Assembly: GCA_963749495.1 (NCBI GenBank)
Contig: CAVVMW010000022.1
Location: 96,001 to 160,000, forward strand
Direction of reading: 5' to 3'
DNA from: an uncultured bacterium
GTDB taxonomy: Bacteria; Verrucomicrobiota; Verrucomicrobiia; Limisphaerales; UBA8199
Length of the DNA: 64,000 bases
Part shown: in pieces, positions 1 to 10,231 of the stretch
Layout of the letters: each line of letters begins with the position of its first letter
Position numbering within the stretch: position 1 is the first letter of the stretch
Program-made: the position numbers and the translations under genes
Notes under the pieces: generated by a model
What the model was told of the DNA's origin: nothing
The model's input: only the letters and a program-made list of their open reading frames with translations
Database searches by the model: none

Positions 1-462
1 GAATTGCTGCCAATATCCGCCCGGCCCCGAGCCGGGCACGTAGCCCCAGAGGTCGAACAGGTAGAGGTCGCGGCGTCTGATCTCATCGGCAAGGTCGCAA
101 AGGTTGGTGGCGAAGATCGTCGAGTAGGACGGCCAGATAACGTCCCCGAGTTCATAGGTGTGAGTGTACTTCTCGAGTTCCTCTGCAAAGCCGACGAGCC
201 GGCCACCCTGCTCCCCAAAGCCGCGCAGGCAGGTGAACTGCGTGCGGTTCTTGAACGTCTCCCATGTCGGTGGTTTCACCGCGCGCCGGTTGTAATCGGG
301 ATGCTCGCGCGGAGCCAGCAGATGACTATAGACGCGGTGCGCATTCGTCGCGGCTGGCACAGCGGCCGCCTCGGCTTGTGCCCCTCGCCCGGGCGCCGCT
401 TGCAGCCCGACGGCGATGATTAAGACCGCGCAACGCACCCGGATCCTTGCCGTCAATTTCAT
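1..462 (-). CDS. Secreted hypothetical protein, runs off the left edge
   Basis: ATG at 462. Open frame MKLTARIRVRCAVLIIAVGLQAAPGRGAQA...DLYLFDLWGYVPGSGPGGYWQQF to base 1, with a signal-peptide-like N-terminus. Absent from the ORF track because there is no stop in the window. Confidence 0.75.
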   Translation of the reverse strand, partial: MKLTARIRVRCAVLIIAVGLQAAPGRGAQAEAAAVPAATNAHRVYSHLLAPREHPDYNRRAVKPPTWETFKNRTQFTCLRGFGEQGGRLVGFAEELEKYTHTYELGDVIWPSYSTIFATNLCDLADEIRRRDLYLFDLWGYVPGSGPGGYWQQF

Positions 463-611
463 GTCGTCGGCGAATCTACCACAACCCTGCGGAGTTTGGC
501 CAGGGTGTGGCGGTCCCAGCAAGATGTGCGCCCACGGAACCAGAGCGGCAGGCGCACAAAGATGGCGTGAAGGTTGCCCGCCGCGTTTTCCTGACGTAAG
601 CTGAGCGGCCG

Positions 612-2330
612 TTGATGAAGGAAAGAGTCACAGAACGGCCGATGCGTGTCGGCATGATCTCCCTGGGCTGCGCCAAGAACCTGGTGGACGCCGAGATCAT
701 GCTCGGCACGCTGCTGCAGGAGGGCGTCGAGATCACCAGCGAGACCTCCCAGGCGGACGTGCTCATCATCAACACCTGCTCGTTTATCGATTCGGCGCAG
801 AAGGAGAGCGTGGACACCATCCTCGAGTCCGCCGCGGTGCGCGAGGCGCGCCATCGCGGCCAGGGCCTGATCGTGGCCGGCTGCCTGCCGCAACGGTTTG
901 GCGATGAGTTGCCCAGGCTGCTGCCCGAGGTGGATGCCTTCATGGGCATTGACCAGGTCACGAAGATCACTGAAGTGGTCAAACAGGCCTTGGCCAAACG
1001 CGCGACCAGGCTCGGCTTGTCCTCCGACCCCCGTCCTCCGTCCTCCGACCTCCGGCTTCCGTCCTCCGGCCCCCGGCTTCCGTCCTCCGTCCTCCGGCTT
1101 CCGGCTTCCGGCCTCCGACCTCCGGCCTCCGGCCTCCGACCTCCGGTTTCCGGCCTCCGACCTCCGGCCTCCGGCCTCCGACCTCCGGCTTCCGTCCTCC
1201 GTCCTCCGGCCTCCGCCCTCCGCCCTCGCTACATCCCGGACTACGCCACGGCACGCTTCCGGCTGACGCCGCCTCAGTTTGCCTACGTCAAGATTGCCGA
1301 GGGGTGCAATCACCCGTGCAGCTTTTGCATTATCCCGCGAATTCGCGGCTCGCACCGGAGCCGTCCCCAGGCCGACATCCTTGCCGAGGCGCGCGCCTTG
1401 CTGGACGAGGGGGTGAAGGAGCTAAACCTGATTTCGCAGGACTCGACCTATTACGGCCTGGACCTGCGCCCGCAACACAGCCGCGCCCTCGCCTCGCCGG
1501 ACAAGTTCGGCGCCGCCCTCAAGGCGCTGGCCCCGGCCTCCACCACCCTCTGCACCTTGCTGCGCGAGTTGAATGCTGTGCCCGGCGATTTCTGGATTCG
1601 CCTCCTCTATACCCACCCGGCCCACTGGACCGATGACCTCATCCGGACCATCGCCCAGTGTCCCAAAGTCGCCCGTTACGTGGACATCCCCCTCCAGCAC
1701 ATCCATGCGAACATGCTGGAGCGCATGCGGCGAGAGACCTCCCCGCAATACATCATCGAACTCCTGCGCCGGATTCGCGCGGGCATCCCGGGCATCGCCC
1801 TGCGCACCACGTTCATTGTCGGCTTCCCCGGCGAGACCGAGGAGTGCTTCCAGACCCTGCTGGACTTCATCCGCGCGGCCAGGTTCGAGCGGTTGGGCGT
1901 GTTCACCTACTCCCAGCAGGAGGGCACTCGCGCCGGCGCCATGGCCAGCCAGTTGCCCGAGAAGGTCAAACGCCGCCGCCGCGGCCTGGCCATGGCCGCC
2001 CAGCACCAGGTGGCCGTCCAGGTGGCCGAGTCCTTCGTGGGCCGCACGATCAAAGTGCTCGTGGAGAACCAGGCCGGCGCCCGAGAACTCAGGCGCGCCC
2101 GCATCTCCTCATGGGAGCACGGCCTCATCCGCGGCGCCGACCGCCACGCCGCCCTCCTCCAGGGACGCTACCTGGTCGCCCGCGGCGAAGCCGACGCCCC
2201 CGACATCGACGGACGCGTCTATGTCCGAGGCCAACTCCCGCTCGGCCAGTTCGCCCAGGTCCGCATCCTGGGCCATACGGATTACGACCTGATTGGAGAA
2301 GCAGCCGCCAGCGGCCCCGGCAACCAGTGA
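612..2330 (+). CDS. rimO: Ribosomal protein S12 methylthiotransferase RimO, with a low-complexity insert
   Basis: SLGCAKNLVD and INTCSFI N-domain, radical SAM motif CNHPCSFC, FIVGFPGET, C-terminal APDIDG TRAM domain. Confidence 0.95.
   Translation: MMKERVTERPMRVGMISLGCAKNLVDAEIMLGTLLQEGVEITSETSQADVLIINTCSFIDSAQKESVDTILESAAVREARHRGQGLIVAGCLPQRFGDELPRLLPEVDAFMGIDQVTKITEVVKQALAKRATRLGLSSDPRPPSSDLRLPSSGPRLPSSVLRLPASGLRPPASGLRPPVSGLRPPASGLRPPASVLRPPASALRPRYIPDYATARFRLTPPQFAYVKIAEGCNHPCSFCIIPRIRGSHRSRPQADILAEARALLDEGVKELNLISQDSTYYGLDLRPQHSRALASPDKFGAALKALAPASTTLCTLLRELNAVPGDFWIRLLYTHPAHWTDDLIRTIAQCPKVARYVDIPLQHIHANMLERMRRETSPQYIIELLRRIRAGIPGIALRTTFIVGFPGETEECFQTLLDFIRAARFERLGVFTYSQQEGTRAGAMASQLPEKVKRRRRGLAMAAQHQVAVQVAESFVGRTIKVLVENQAGARELRRARISSWEHGLIRGADRHAALLQGRYLVARGEADAPDIDGRVYVRGQLPLGQFAQVRILGHTDYDLIGEAAASGPGNQ
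1020..1222 (+). repeat. 29 tandem degenerate 7-bp units (consensus NCCTCCG) inside rimO
   Basis: Counted directly: tcctccg/acctccg/gcttccg/gcctccg units from 1020 to 1222. Confidence 0.95.
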
Positions 2331-2463
2331 AAATGTCAGCCCGATTTACCCCCGGTTCCGGCCCAAACAGCCAAGAGGAGATCGGACATCCTCGGCCCCC
2401 GCGCGCGGGGGGCGCAATCCGTCACTGCCCCCGCGGGCCGCAAGGGGCGGGGAGCGCGCCTCT

Positions 2464-2992
2464 GGTCGAACGCATTCCGACCTCGGTATCCAGATGCGCG
2501 CCAGGGCCGAAGGCCCGTCATGTGATAGCCCAGGCTGGAGCGGAGCGGAGGCCTGGGTAAGCCAAGCCCAACGAAAACCTCCCCGGTCTGTAAGGCCGGG
2601 ACCTGTTGCTAAGTACTACCGGACACAAATACGGTGACGTAGCGCAGACCTCCGAGTCTGCTGTATCGCCGACTTCCAAGTCGGCTGCGCGTCCGTGAAG
2701 GCACGCGCGTCCGCACCTCGGTTGGCCCGCAGGTTTGGAAACCTGCGAGACAGCAGACTCGGAGGTCTGCGCTACCCTGGCGGCGACCCTGCCGCGCATC
2801 GAGGATACGTCATCGTATTTATGTTCATGACCACTAAGGGATTCGGGCGTTGTCGCGCCCCTTCAGGGCGCACAGATTTTTGTGCCCACAACCTGGGCCT
2901 CCGCTCGCAGGCTCGCTCCAGCCCCGGCTGTCACATTTCGGGCTTTCAAACCGAGGAAGAGCGCACGCCCGGGCTCGGTGTCCGAATGCGCC
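2464..2992. repeat. Nested palindromic composite: outer imperfect IR, family E arms, 19-bp IR, GTAG doublet
   Basis: Family E arms at ~2500-2600 and ~2850-2952. IR ggacacaaatacggtgacg (2621-2639) pairs with cgtcatcgtatttatgttc (2808-2826). Core gtagcgcagacctccgagtctgctg...cagcagactcggaggtctgcgctac at 2639-2775. Confidence 0.8.
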
Positions 2993-3105
2993 CGCGCGCA
3001 GGGCTGGGGCGCGATGCTGCTCGACAAACGGTGTGTCCCCGGCTTACGCTGGTTGCAGCATGAGCGGCCTGAATCTGACATGCTGATTGACGCCGCGCAC
3101 AGCAC

Positions 3106-3942
3106 TTGATGCAAGTTTCAATCATTACTCCCAGCTTCCGCAATTCGCAGTGGTTGCGGCTTTGCATCGCCTCGGTGGCGGATCAGCAAGGGGTCCAGGT
3201 CGAGCACATCGTCCAGGATGCCTGTTCGGATGATGGGACGCAGGAATGGCTGCCCAAGGACTCGCGCGTCAGGGCCTTCATCGAGAAGGACCAGGGGATG
3301 TATGACGCGGTCAACCGCGGGTTCAGGCGGTCCACAGGCCAGGTGCTGGCCTACCTGAATTGCGACGAGCAGTACCTGCCTGGGGCGTTGGAGGCGGTGC
3401 AGGGCTTTTTCGGGGCCCACCCGGAGGTGGATGTCCTGCTCCCGGATACGATCGTGACCGATGCGGCGGGCGACTACCTCTGCCACCGGTGTTCGGTCAC
3501 TCCGCGCAAGTACCAGTTGTGGGTGCGGTTTCCGGTCCTGACCTGCGCCCTGTTTGTTCGCCGCCGCGTTGTCGAGGAGATGGGAATCTGCCTGGACACC
3601 CAATGGCGGGACGTTGGGGACTGCTTCTGGATAGCCCAGATGGTCCGGCGCCGGTTGCGCTTCGCCGTTCTGCCTCGCTTCACTTCGGTTTTCACGGACA
3701 CGGGCGCCAACATGAACCTCAAGCCCAACGCCCTTCGCGAGCGGCAGCTCAAGTGGCAGATGGCTCCGGCCCGGACAAGGCTTTTCAGGCACTTCTTCAT
3801 GGCGCAACACCGGTTCCGGCTGGCCCTGCGTGGCGCCCCTTTTCAGAAGCCCTTCGATTACTCGCTCTATACCCTGGCCTCGCCGGATCGGCGCGTGACT
3901 CGCCGCGCGGCCCGGCCGACTTCATTCTGGAGGGGCCGCTAA
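3106..3942 (+). CDS. Glycosyltransferase family 2
   Basis: VSIITPSFRN, IVQDACSDDGT, GMYDAVNRG, YLNCDE. Confidence 0.92.
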   Translation: MMQVSIITPSFRNSQWLRLCIASVADQQGVQVEHIVQDACSDDGTQEWLPKDSRVRAFIEKDQGMYDAVNRGFRRSTGQVLAYLNCDEQYLPGALEAVQGFFGAHPEVDVLLPDTIVTDAAGDYLCHRCSVTPRKYQLWVRFPVLTCALFVRRRVVEEMGICLDTQWRDVGDCFWIAQMVRRRLRFAVLPRFTSVFTDTGANMNLKPNALRERQLKWQMAPARTRLFRHFFMAQHRFRLALRGAPFQKPFDYSLYTLASPDRRVTRRAARPTSFWRGR

Positions 3943-3947
3943 GCAGG

Positions 3948-4107
3948 AGCCCTGTGCCAGGGGCGGCAGTTCGGGGCCTTTGTCGCAACCTTTGTCGCGA
4001 CCTTTGTCGAAAAAATGGCCAACCCGACAAAGGTTTCGACAAAGGCTGCGACGAAGGTTTCCTTGCGACGAAGCTTTCCCTTTGGCAGGCTTTTGTGACA
4101 GGTTCTA
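3948..4107. repeat. Palindromic 12-bp repeat element (CCTTTGTCG.. x3 / ..CGACAAAGG x3), MITE-like
   Basis: Same internal units as 15261-15401. The right end ttttgtgacaggttc-ta resembles that element's TIR; the left end is degenerate. Confidence 0.8.
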
Positions 4108-4141
4108 AGCCAGGTAGCCATGAACATGACGGCCAATCCCC

Positions 4142-5509
4142 ATGCCTGAGCCCGAGCAAACCGGCGAGTTGGTTGCAGCGGTCTTCGGCGCCTGGCAACG
4201 GGCGGGTATCCGCTTCCTGGTCCTCCGCAACTATGAACGGCTGCCGCATTTCACCGCCAACGATATCAATGTCCTGGTCGCGCCCTCCCAACTCCGCTCC
4301 GCCGAGGCGGCACTGCGGGCGGCCGCGGACTCGGCCGGTTTCCGTCTGCACAACCGCGTCGGATTTGCCGCCACCCTCGCCCTCTACTTATCGGGCCTCA
4401 AGTCCGGCGGCCAAGTCCATTTCGACCTGTTCACGGGCCTGAAGTGGCGGGGGTTTCCTTTCCTGGATTGGCGGACCCTGCTCGAGAGGAAGGTTGACCG
4501 GGGACCGTTCGCCGTTCCTCATCCGGCCCACGAGGCGGCCGCGAGCCTGCTGGAGGGCCTCATCTATGCCGGCAGGGTCCGGGAGAAGTACCATGCCTTG
4601 ATCGCCGCGGGGTTTAGCGCGGAGCCCGATGCCGCCACCGAGGCGCTGGCCCGGACCTTGGGCCGCAGGCACGCGCGGTTCCTGGTGGCGGCGGGGGCGG
4701 CGGGGCAGTGGGCCCAAATCGAGGCGCGCTCGGCTGCCTTGCGCCGGCAGTTGGTCCTGCGGCGCCTGGCCAGGCATCCTCTCGGGAGCGCAGCCTCGTT
4801 GCTCGAGGAGGCCGCCCGCATGACCCGCCGCGTCCTGCGCCCGCCGGGCCTGGTTGTGACCCTGTGCGGGGCTGACGGCAGCGGCAAATCCACCGCCGCC
4901 CGCCTCCTCATCGAGAGACTCCGCTGCACCTTCGACCCCTCGCGGGGACGCCAGTTCCACTGGAAACCGCCCCTGTTCTCGGCCCGGCGCCGTGCGGCGC
5001 GCGGCCCGGTCACCGATCCCCACGCCAGGCCGCCCCGCAACGCCCTAGCCTGCCTGCTCTTCTTTGGCTTTCACTGGCTGGAGTTCTTTCTCGGCTGGCC
5101 GTTGTGCGTCAACCCTGCGAAGGTCAGGGCCGGTCTGGTGCTCATCAACAGGTACTATTACGACTTCTTCGTGGACCAGCGGCGCTATCGGCTGCGCGTG
5201 CCCCGCCCGCTCGTAGCGCTCGGCTATCGCCTCCTGGCCAAACCCGATCTGGTTGTGCTGCTGGACGCCCCGGTCGAAGTGCTCCGGGCCCGGAAACAGG
5301 AAGTGCCCGCGGCCGAGACCCAGCGCCAGCGCCAGGCCTACCTCGACCTGGTCCGGGACCTGGACTGCGGACGTATCATCGATGCAGCCCAGCCGCCCGA
5401 ACGAGTCGCGGCGGACATCTCGAGGGCCATTCTCGACTTCATGGCAGAGAGGCTGGCTAGACGCCAGCGTCCGACCTGTCGGACACGTCCGACGGGTCCC
5501 CAAAACTGA
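4142..5509 (+). CDS. Nucleotidyltransferase-like N-domain fused to a thymidylate-kinase-like P-loop domain
   Basis: FLVLRNYE..NDINVLV, Walker A GADGSGKST, LINRYYYD, PDLVVLLDAP..RKQE. Confidence 0.8.
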   Translation: MPEPEQTGELVAAVFGAWQRAGIRFLVLRNYERLPHFTANDINVLVAPSQLRSAEAALRAAADSAGFRLHNRVGFAATLALYLSGLKSGGQVHFDLFTGLKWRGFPFLDWRTLLERKVDRGPFAVPHPAHEAAASLLEGLIYAGRVREKYHALIAAGFSAEPDAATEALARTLGRRHARFLVAAGAAGQWAQIEARSAALRRQLVLRRLARHPLGSAASLLEEAARMTRRVLRPPGLVVTLCGADGSGKSTAARLLIERLRCTFDPSRGRQFHWKPPLFSARRRAARGPVTDPHARPPRNALACLLFFGFHWLEFFLGWPLCVNPAKVRAGLVLINRYYYDFFVDQRRYRLRVPRPLVALGYRLLAKPDLVVLLDAPVEVLRARKQEVPAAETQRQRQAYLDLVRDLDCGRIIDAAQPPERVAADISRAILDFMAERLARRQRPTCRTRPTGPQN

Positions 5510-5511
5510 TT

Positions 5512-6612
5512 TTGCCCCCCATGGAGAGCGATTGGAGCGAATTGTTCGGCCCGGCCCGGGGCGCGCAGTGCGTTACGATTCACATGCGCGTCCTGCGCAA
5601 GCAGGGGCGTCCGTTGCTGGCGTTGCCGGCCTGCCGGCGCGCCGCGGCCATGGCGCTGAGCTTGTATCCCGCGCAAACCGGGCGCGCCCGCGCCGCCCGC
5701 GCCCTGCTGCGCACGCTGCTCCGCGCCGGCCTCGCCCCCGGCGCCCGCCAGAGCGCGCTGGCAATTCCGCCCGAGGATCTCTTCGTCGAGTTTCTTTCCT
5801 CGCTGGCCGGCTCAGCGCGGCCGCCTGTGCCTGAGTTGGGCATTCTCGCCGGCAACCCCGCCAGCCCGGGCCGGCGTTTTGTCCTCCTGGTCTTCGACGC
5901 CAACCACAAGCCCGCCGGCGTTGTCAAGGCCGGCGCAAGCGGACCAGCCCAGGCACTCATCCGCAAAGAGCAGACGTTTCTTGAAGCCGCCTCGGGCAAG
6001 CCCGGCGTGCCCAGGTTGCGGGGCACTTTTGAATCGGAGCGGGTGCAGGCGCTGGCGCTGGATTACGTTGCCGGCGATGCCCCGCGCCCGCGGCACGATG
6101 CCGCGCTGCCAGCCCTGCTTGGGCCGTGGGTGGATGTGAAGCGAACCGTGGCTCTGCCCGAGACGCCGGAATGGCAGCGCCTCGAACAGGCCGCCCCGGC
6201 CGGTCCATTCTGGCCCGTCCTGGCCGGCGCCCTCCGCTCCCGCGCCGTGCATCCCGCCCTGGCGCACGGCAACCTGGCGCCCTGGAACATCAAGCGCTCT
6301 CAGCAAGGCCAGTGGACGGCGCTGGATTGGGAACGCGGCGAATTGGCCGGCATCCCCGGCTGGGATTGGTTTCACTATGTCATCCAACGCGCCATCCTGG
6401 CCGAGCGCCTCCCAATCGGCCGCCTGGCCGCGCGGGTCCGGCAATTGCTCAATTCGGAGCCATTTCGATGTTATGCCGCACGCGCCGGCATTGCCCGCTT
6501 CGAACTCGACCTGGCCCTGGCCTACCTGCTCTATTCGGCCGAAGTCGTCAAGCCTGCCGAGGGGCTGTCGCGAACCCGGGAACTCCTGGGAGCGCTGAAC
6601 CGTGAAACGTGA
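5512..6612 (+). CDS. Aminoglycoside-phosphotransferase/kinase-like protein
   Basis: VVKAG, HGNLAPWNI (Brenner-like motif), LDWE, GWDWFHY. Confidence 0.8.
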   Translation: MPPMESDWSELFGPARGAQCVTIHMRVLRKQGRPLLALPACRRAAAMALSLYPAQTGRARAARALLRTLLRAGLAPGARQSALAIPPEDLFVEFLSSLAGSARPPVPELGILAGNPASPGRRFVLLVFDANHKPAGVVKAGASGPAQALIRKEQTFLEAASGKPGVPRLRGTFESERVQALALDYVAGDAPRPRHDAALPALLGPWVDVKRTVALPETPEWQRLEQAAPAGPFWPVLAGALRSRAVHPALAHGNLAPWNIKRSQQGQWTALDWERGELAGIPGWDWFHYVIQRAILAERLPIGRLAARVRQLLNSEPFRCYAARAGIARFELDLALAYLLYSAEVVKPAEGLSRTRELLGALNRET

Positions 6613-6682
6613 AACGTGAAAACGTGAGGGCACCAGTCGAAGACCTCGAATTCACGTTTCACGTTTCACGTTTCACGTTTCA
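6602..6682. repeat. Inverted heptamer arrays (GTGAAAC x3 / GTTTCAC x4) between convergent genes; possible bidirectional terminator
   Basis: gtgaaacgtgaaacgtgaaaacgtga ... tcacgtttcacgtttcacgtttcacgtttca. Confidence 0.85.
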
Positions 6683-8025
6683 ACCAGGTATGGCCCATCG
6701 AGCCGGCCCAGCTTCCTGACTTCGGGCCAGATCGAGGCGACGGCGATGACAACGAGGATGGTGCCGACCCCGCCGGAGACGACCGAGAAGACCGGGCTGG
6801 CCAGGTAGGCCACGAGGCCCGACTCAAAGCCGCCCAATTCGTTGGAGGTGCCGATGAACAGGCTGTTGACGGCGGAGACGCGCCCGCGTTTTTCGTCCGG
6901 GGTGAGCAGTTGTACCACGGTGTGGCGGACGACGATGCTGATGTTGTCCATTGCGCCGCAGAGAAATAGCGTCAGGAAAGACAACCAGAACCACCGCGAA
7001 TAACCGAAGACAATGGTCGCCACGCCAAAGATGGTCACAGCCTTGAGCAAACTGCTGCCCGCCTTTTGGAGCGGAGGGCGATGGGCCAGGATGAGCGCGC
7101 AGAGCAGGGAGCCTAAGGGCAGCGCCGCCTGGAGCAGCCCCAGGCATACCGCGGCCAGGCGCTCCTGCGTCATGTGCGCCCCCCATGGCAACAGCGCCAG
7201 CACATACCCCAAACCGCTGGAACCGGGGCCGAGGATGTCCTTGGCATAGATCGGCAACAACGCGGCGGCGCCGCCCAAGAGCACCGCAAACAAATCCAGC
7301 GTGATCGTGCCCAGGATGATCGGGCTGGCGAACACGAACTTGAACCCGGCCGCCAGGCTCTTGAGGGTCATTGGCTCTTTGACCGCCACGACGGGGTCGT
7401 GCCGGACAAAACTGATCAGCACCAGGCAGACCAGCGCGGCCGCCGCATTGACGGCATAGACCGGCCAGGCGCACCCGGTCAGCGCAATGAGCGCGCCGCC
7501 TGCCGCCGGGCCGGCCACCGAGGAGAGCTGAAAGCTGCCGCTGTTCCAGGTGACGGCCCTGGAAAAATGCTCGCGCGGCACCAGGCGCGGCAGAAACGCC
7601 GAACTGGCCGGCCAGAGAAACGTGCGCGCCGAGCCGGAGGCGAAGAGGCAGAAGTAAATCCAAAAAACCGGGACGCCAAAGGCGGAAATGAGGCTCAGCC
7701 CGGCGCTGGCGCAGGCGATGACAAACGTGGTCACCAGGATGATGCGCTTGCGGTTGAAATTGTCCGCCACGTGTCCGGCCACCAGGACAAAGAGGACCAT
7801 CGGCATCATCTGCGTCAGGCCCACCATCCCCAGAGCCAGCGCGGATTTGGTCCGCCCATACAACTCCCAGCCGACCGCCACCGTGAGCATCTGCTGCCCC
7901 AGCGCCGCCACAAACCGCCCCACCAGGTAGAACAGAAAATCCCGATTCCGCAACACGGCGTACGGATCCGGGCCTGCCTGGGGCAATTCAACCGCGCCCG
8001 ACGGCGCTGCTCCGGGATCGATCAT
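6673..8025 (-). CDS. MFS transporter (Transmembrane secretion effector/EntS-like)
   Basis: LRNRDF, AGHVADNFNRKRI, TPDEKRGRVSAVNSLFIGTSNELGGFESG, many hydrophobic helices. Confidence 0.92.
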   Translation of the reverse strand: MIDPGAAPSGAVELPQAGPDPYAVLRNRDFLFYLVGRFVAALGQQMLTVAVGWELYGRTKSALALGMVGLTQMMPMVLFVLVAGHVADNFNRKRIILVTTFVIACASAGLSLISAFGVPVFWIYFCLFASGSARTFLWPASSAFLPRLVPREHFSRAVTWNSGSFQLSSVAGPAAGGALIALTGCAWPVYAVNAAAALVCLVLISFVRHDPVVAVKEPMTLKSLAAGFKFVFASPIILGTITLDLFAVLLGGAAALLPIYAKDILGPGSSGLGYVLALLPWGAHMTQERLAAVCLGLLQAALPLGSLLCALILAHRPPLQKAGSSLLKAVTIFGVATIVFGYSRWFWLSFLTLFLCGAMDNISIVVRHTVVQLLTPDEKRGRVSAVNSLFIGTSNELGGFESGLVAYLASPVFSVVSGGVGTILVVIAVASIWPEVRKLGRLDGPYLVET

Positions 8026-8088
8026 ATCAACACATCGGCCCTCCCAGGATAATCCGTTGCCGCCCGCAATGGGAATGCTTTTCGCCGC

Positions 8089-8273
8089 GGGCGTTTCCCG
8101 ACTTTGCCCCCATTTGGCGGGGCACAGCAGTTTGTAGCGCAGGTTTCCAAACCTGCTGTACCGCCGACTTCCAGTCGGCAGGGCGCCGGAAATCGCGGCG
8201 CCTGCGGGTTAGGAAACCCGCGATACAGCAGACTTGGAAGTCTGCGCTACGGCGGCGGTGTCAGGAATACGCC
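8089..8273. repeat. GTAG REP-like doublet (8134-8250) within imperfect flanking IRs
   Basis: gtagcgcaggtttccaaacctgctg...cagcagacttggaagtctgcgctac; flanks gggcgtttcccgac / gtcaggaatacgcc. Confidence 0.8.
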
Positions 8274-8431
8274 TTCGCCACGCGATTATTTCTTTGAGTT
8301 TCTCAAAAAATCTGTATGCTCCTAGCCGTGTCGCCGGGCGTTGGCCCCCATTGGGGAGGAGTTCCAGGGGCAGCGGCAGGCGGGATTGGGCCGGTGGAGA
8401 CGGCTGGGCGCCGGAGATCCGGGGGCGGTTT

Positions 8432-10222
8432 ATGCAGAGAGTCAGACCTAAAAAACGAGAGCAAACAGAGGCGAAAGCTGCTGCCGCGGCGGCGCCTCCG
8501 CCGTGCGAGCCGCCGCCCCAGGACACGCCGCCCCTCAACCCCGCCGTGCCCGTGGCGCTCGACTCGACGACGCCACCCGTCGTGGGCGGCAACGGCCATC
8601 CCAGCCTGGACCTGGCCGAAAAACTCAAGGGCCTGGTGCGCCTGGCCCACGAGCAAGGCTACCTCTCTCACGAAGACCTCAGCGAGGCCCTGCCCGCCGA
8701 GGTGGCCACACCGGAGGACCTCGACCAGGTCCTGACCAAGCTGCGCAACCTCGAAATCGAAATCGTCGACCCGGCCGACCTGGACCAACTCCCCTCAGCC
8801 GAGCCGGACGAGGAGGCCGAGACCAGCCAGTTTGACATCCTGGACGACCCGGTGCGGATGTATCTCAAGCAAATGGGCCGCGTGCCCTTGCTGAGCCGCC
8901 AGCAGGAGGTCGAGATCTGCCGGCGCATCGAGGCAGCGGAACGCGAAATCCAGAAGCTGATCTATGGCATGGGCTTTGCCGCGAAAGAGCACATGACCCT
9001 GGCCGACAAGCTCCTGGCCATGCCCCCCAAGGAACGCTTCGACCGCCTCATCCTCGACAAGCTGGCGGACGAGCGCGAACGGCACGTCGCCAGCCTGCGC
9101 CGCCTGATCCGACAAGTCCAGGGACTGGACGCCCAGGCCGACGCCCTGTTTTGCCAATGGCAGAGCGCCGCCTTGCCGTCGGCTCGGGGGCGCCTGCGCG
9201 CCCGGTTCAAACGGCTCAGCGCCAGGCTCCAGGCCATGTTCCCCCGCTTCCGCTTCAAGCAAAAGATCATCGAGGAGATGGCCCTGGTGGCCGAGAACGT
9301 CCGCGACAAGCTCCAAGCCGGCCGCCAGGCCCTTCGGACCATCCAGGCCCGACCCGACGCCGCCTCGCTGGAGGCCGCCATCCACACCGAAGAGGAGAAC
9401 CTGCGGACCCTTGAACGCTTTGTGCGCATGCCGGCCACCGATTTCCTGGACCTCTGGAACAGGCTCCAGGGCGCCCTGGCCCGCGCCCGCGAGGCCAAGG
9501 CGCAAATGGTCGAGGCCAATCTGCGCCTGGTCATCTCCATCGCCAAACGATACACCAACCGCGGCCAATCCTTCCTCGACCTCATCCAGGAGGGAAACAT
9601 GGGCCTGATGAAAGGGGTCGAGAAATTCGAGTACCGGCGCGGCTACAAATTCTCCACTTACGCCACCTGGTGGATCCGCCAGGCCATCACCCGCTGCATC
9701 GCCGACCAGGCCCGCACCGTGCGCATCCCCGTCCACATGATCGAGGTCATCAACAGGCTCTGGCGCACCCAGCGGCGCCTCATGCAGGAACTGGGCCGCG
9801 AGGCCACCTCCGACGAACTGGCCGATGCCATGGAAATATCCGTCGAGCGCATCCGCACCGTCCTCAAAATCGCCCAGCAGCCTATCTCCATGCAATCCCC
9901 GGTCGGGGATGCCGAGGAGACCCATTTCGGCGACTTGCTCGAAGACAAATCCGCCGAAAACCCCAGCGAGGCCACCAGCTTCAGCCTGCTCCGCGGCCAC
10001 CTCTCCGAGGTCCTCAACGGCCTCAATGAGCGCGAACGCCGAATCCTCGAACTCCGCTACGGCCTGACCGACGGCTGCCCGCGCACCCTCGAGGAGGTTG
10101 GCCGCCAATACAACGTCACCCGCGAGCGCATCCGCCAAATCGAGGCAAAGGCCCTTCGCAAATTGCGCCACCCCACCCGCCGCAGCAAACTGGAGGGCTT
10201 CCTCGAAAACCTCGAATGGTGA
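8432..10222 (+). CDS. rpoD: RpoD-like sigma-70 factor (regions 1.1, 1.2, NCR, 2-4)
   Basis: [57 protein letters not shown]. Start taken at ATG 8432. May be a paralog rather than the primary sigma. Confidence 0.9.
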   Translation: MQRVRPKKREQTEAKAAAAAAPPPCEPPPQDTPPLNPAVPVALDSTTPPVVGGNGHPSLDLAEKLKGLVRLAHEQGYLSHEDLSEALPAEVATPEDLDQVLTKLRNLEIEIVDPADLDQLPSAEPDEEAETSQFDILDDPVRMYLKQMGRVPLLSRQQEVEICRRIEAAEREIQKLIYGMGFAAKEHMTLADKLLAMPPKERFDRLILDKLADERERHVASLRRLIRQVQGLDAQADALFCQWQSAALPSARGRLRARFKRLSARLQAMFPRFRFKQKIIEEMALVAENVRDKLQAGRQALRTIQARPDAASLEAAIHTEEENLRTLERFVRMPATDFLDLWNRLQGALARAREAKAQMVEANLRLVISIAKRYTNRGQSFLDLIQEGNMGLMKGVEKFEYRRGYKFSTYATWWIRQAITRCIADQARTVRIPVHMIEVINRLWRTQRRLMQELGREATSDELADAMEISVERIRTVLKIAQQPISMQSPVGDAEETHFGDLLEDKSAENPSEATSFSLLRGHLSEVLNGLNERERRILELRYGLTDGCPRTLEEVGRQYNVTRERIRQIEAKALRKLRHPTRRSKLEGFLENLEW

Positions 10223-10231
10223 CTTCCGGAG

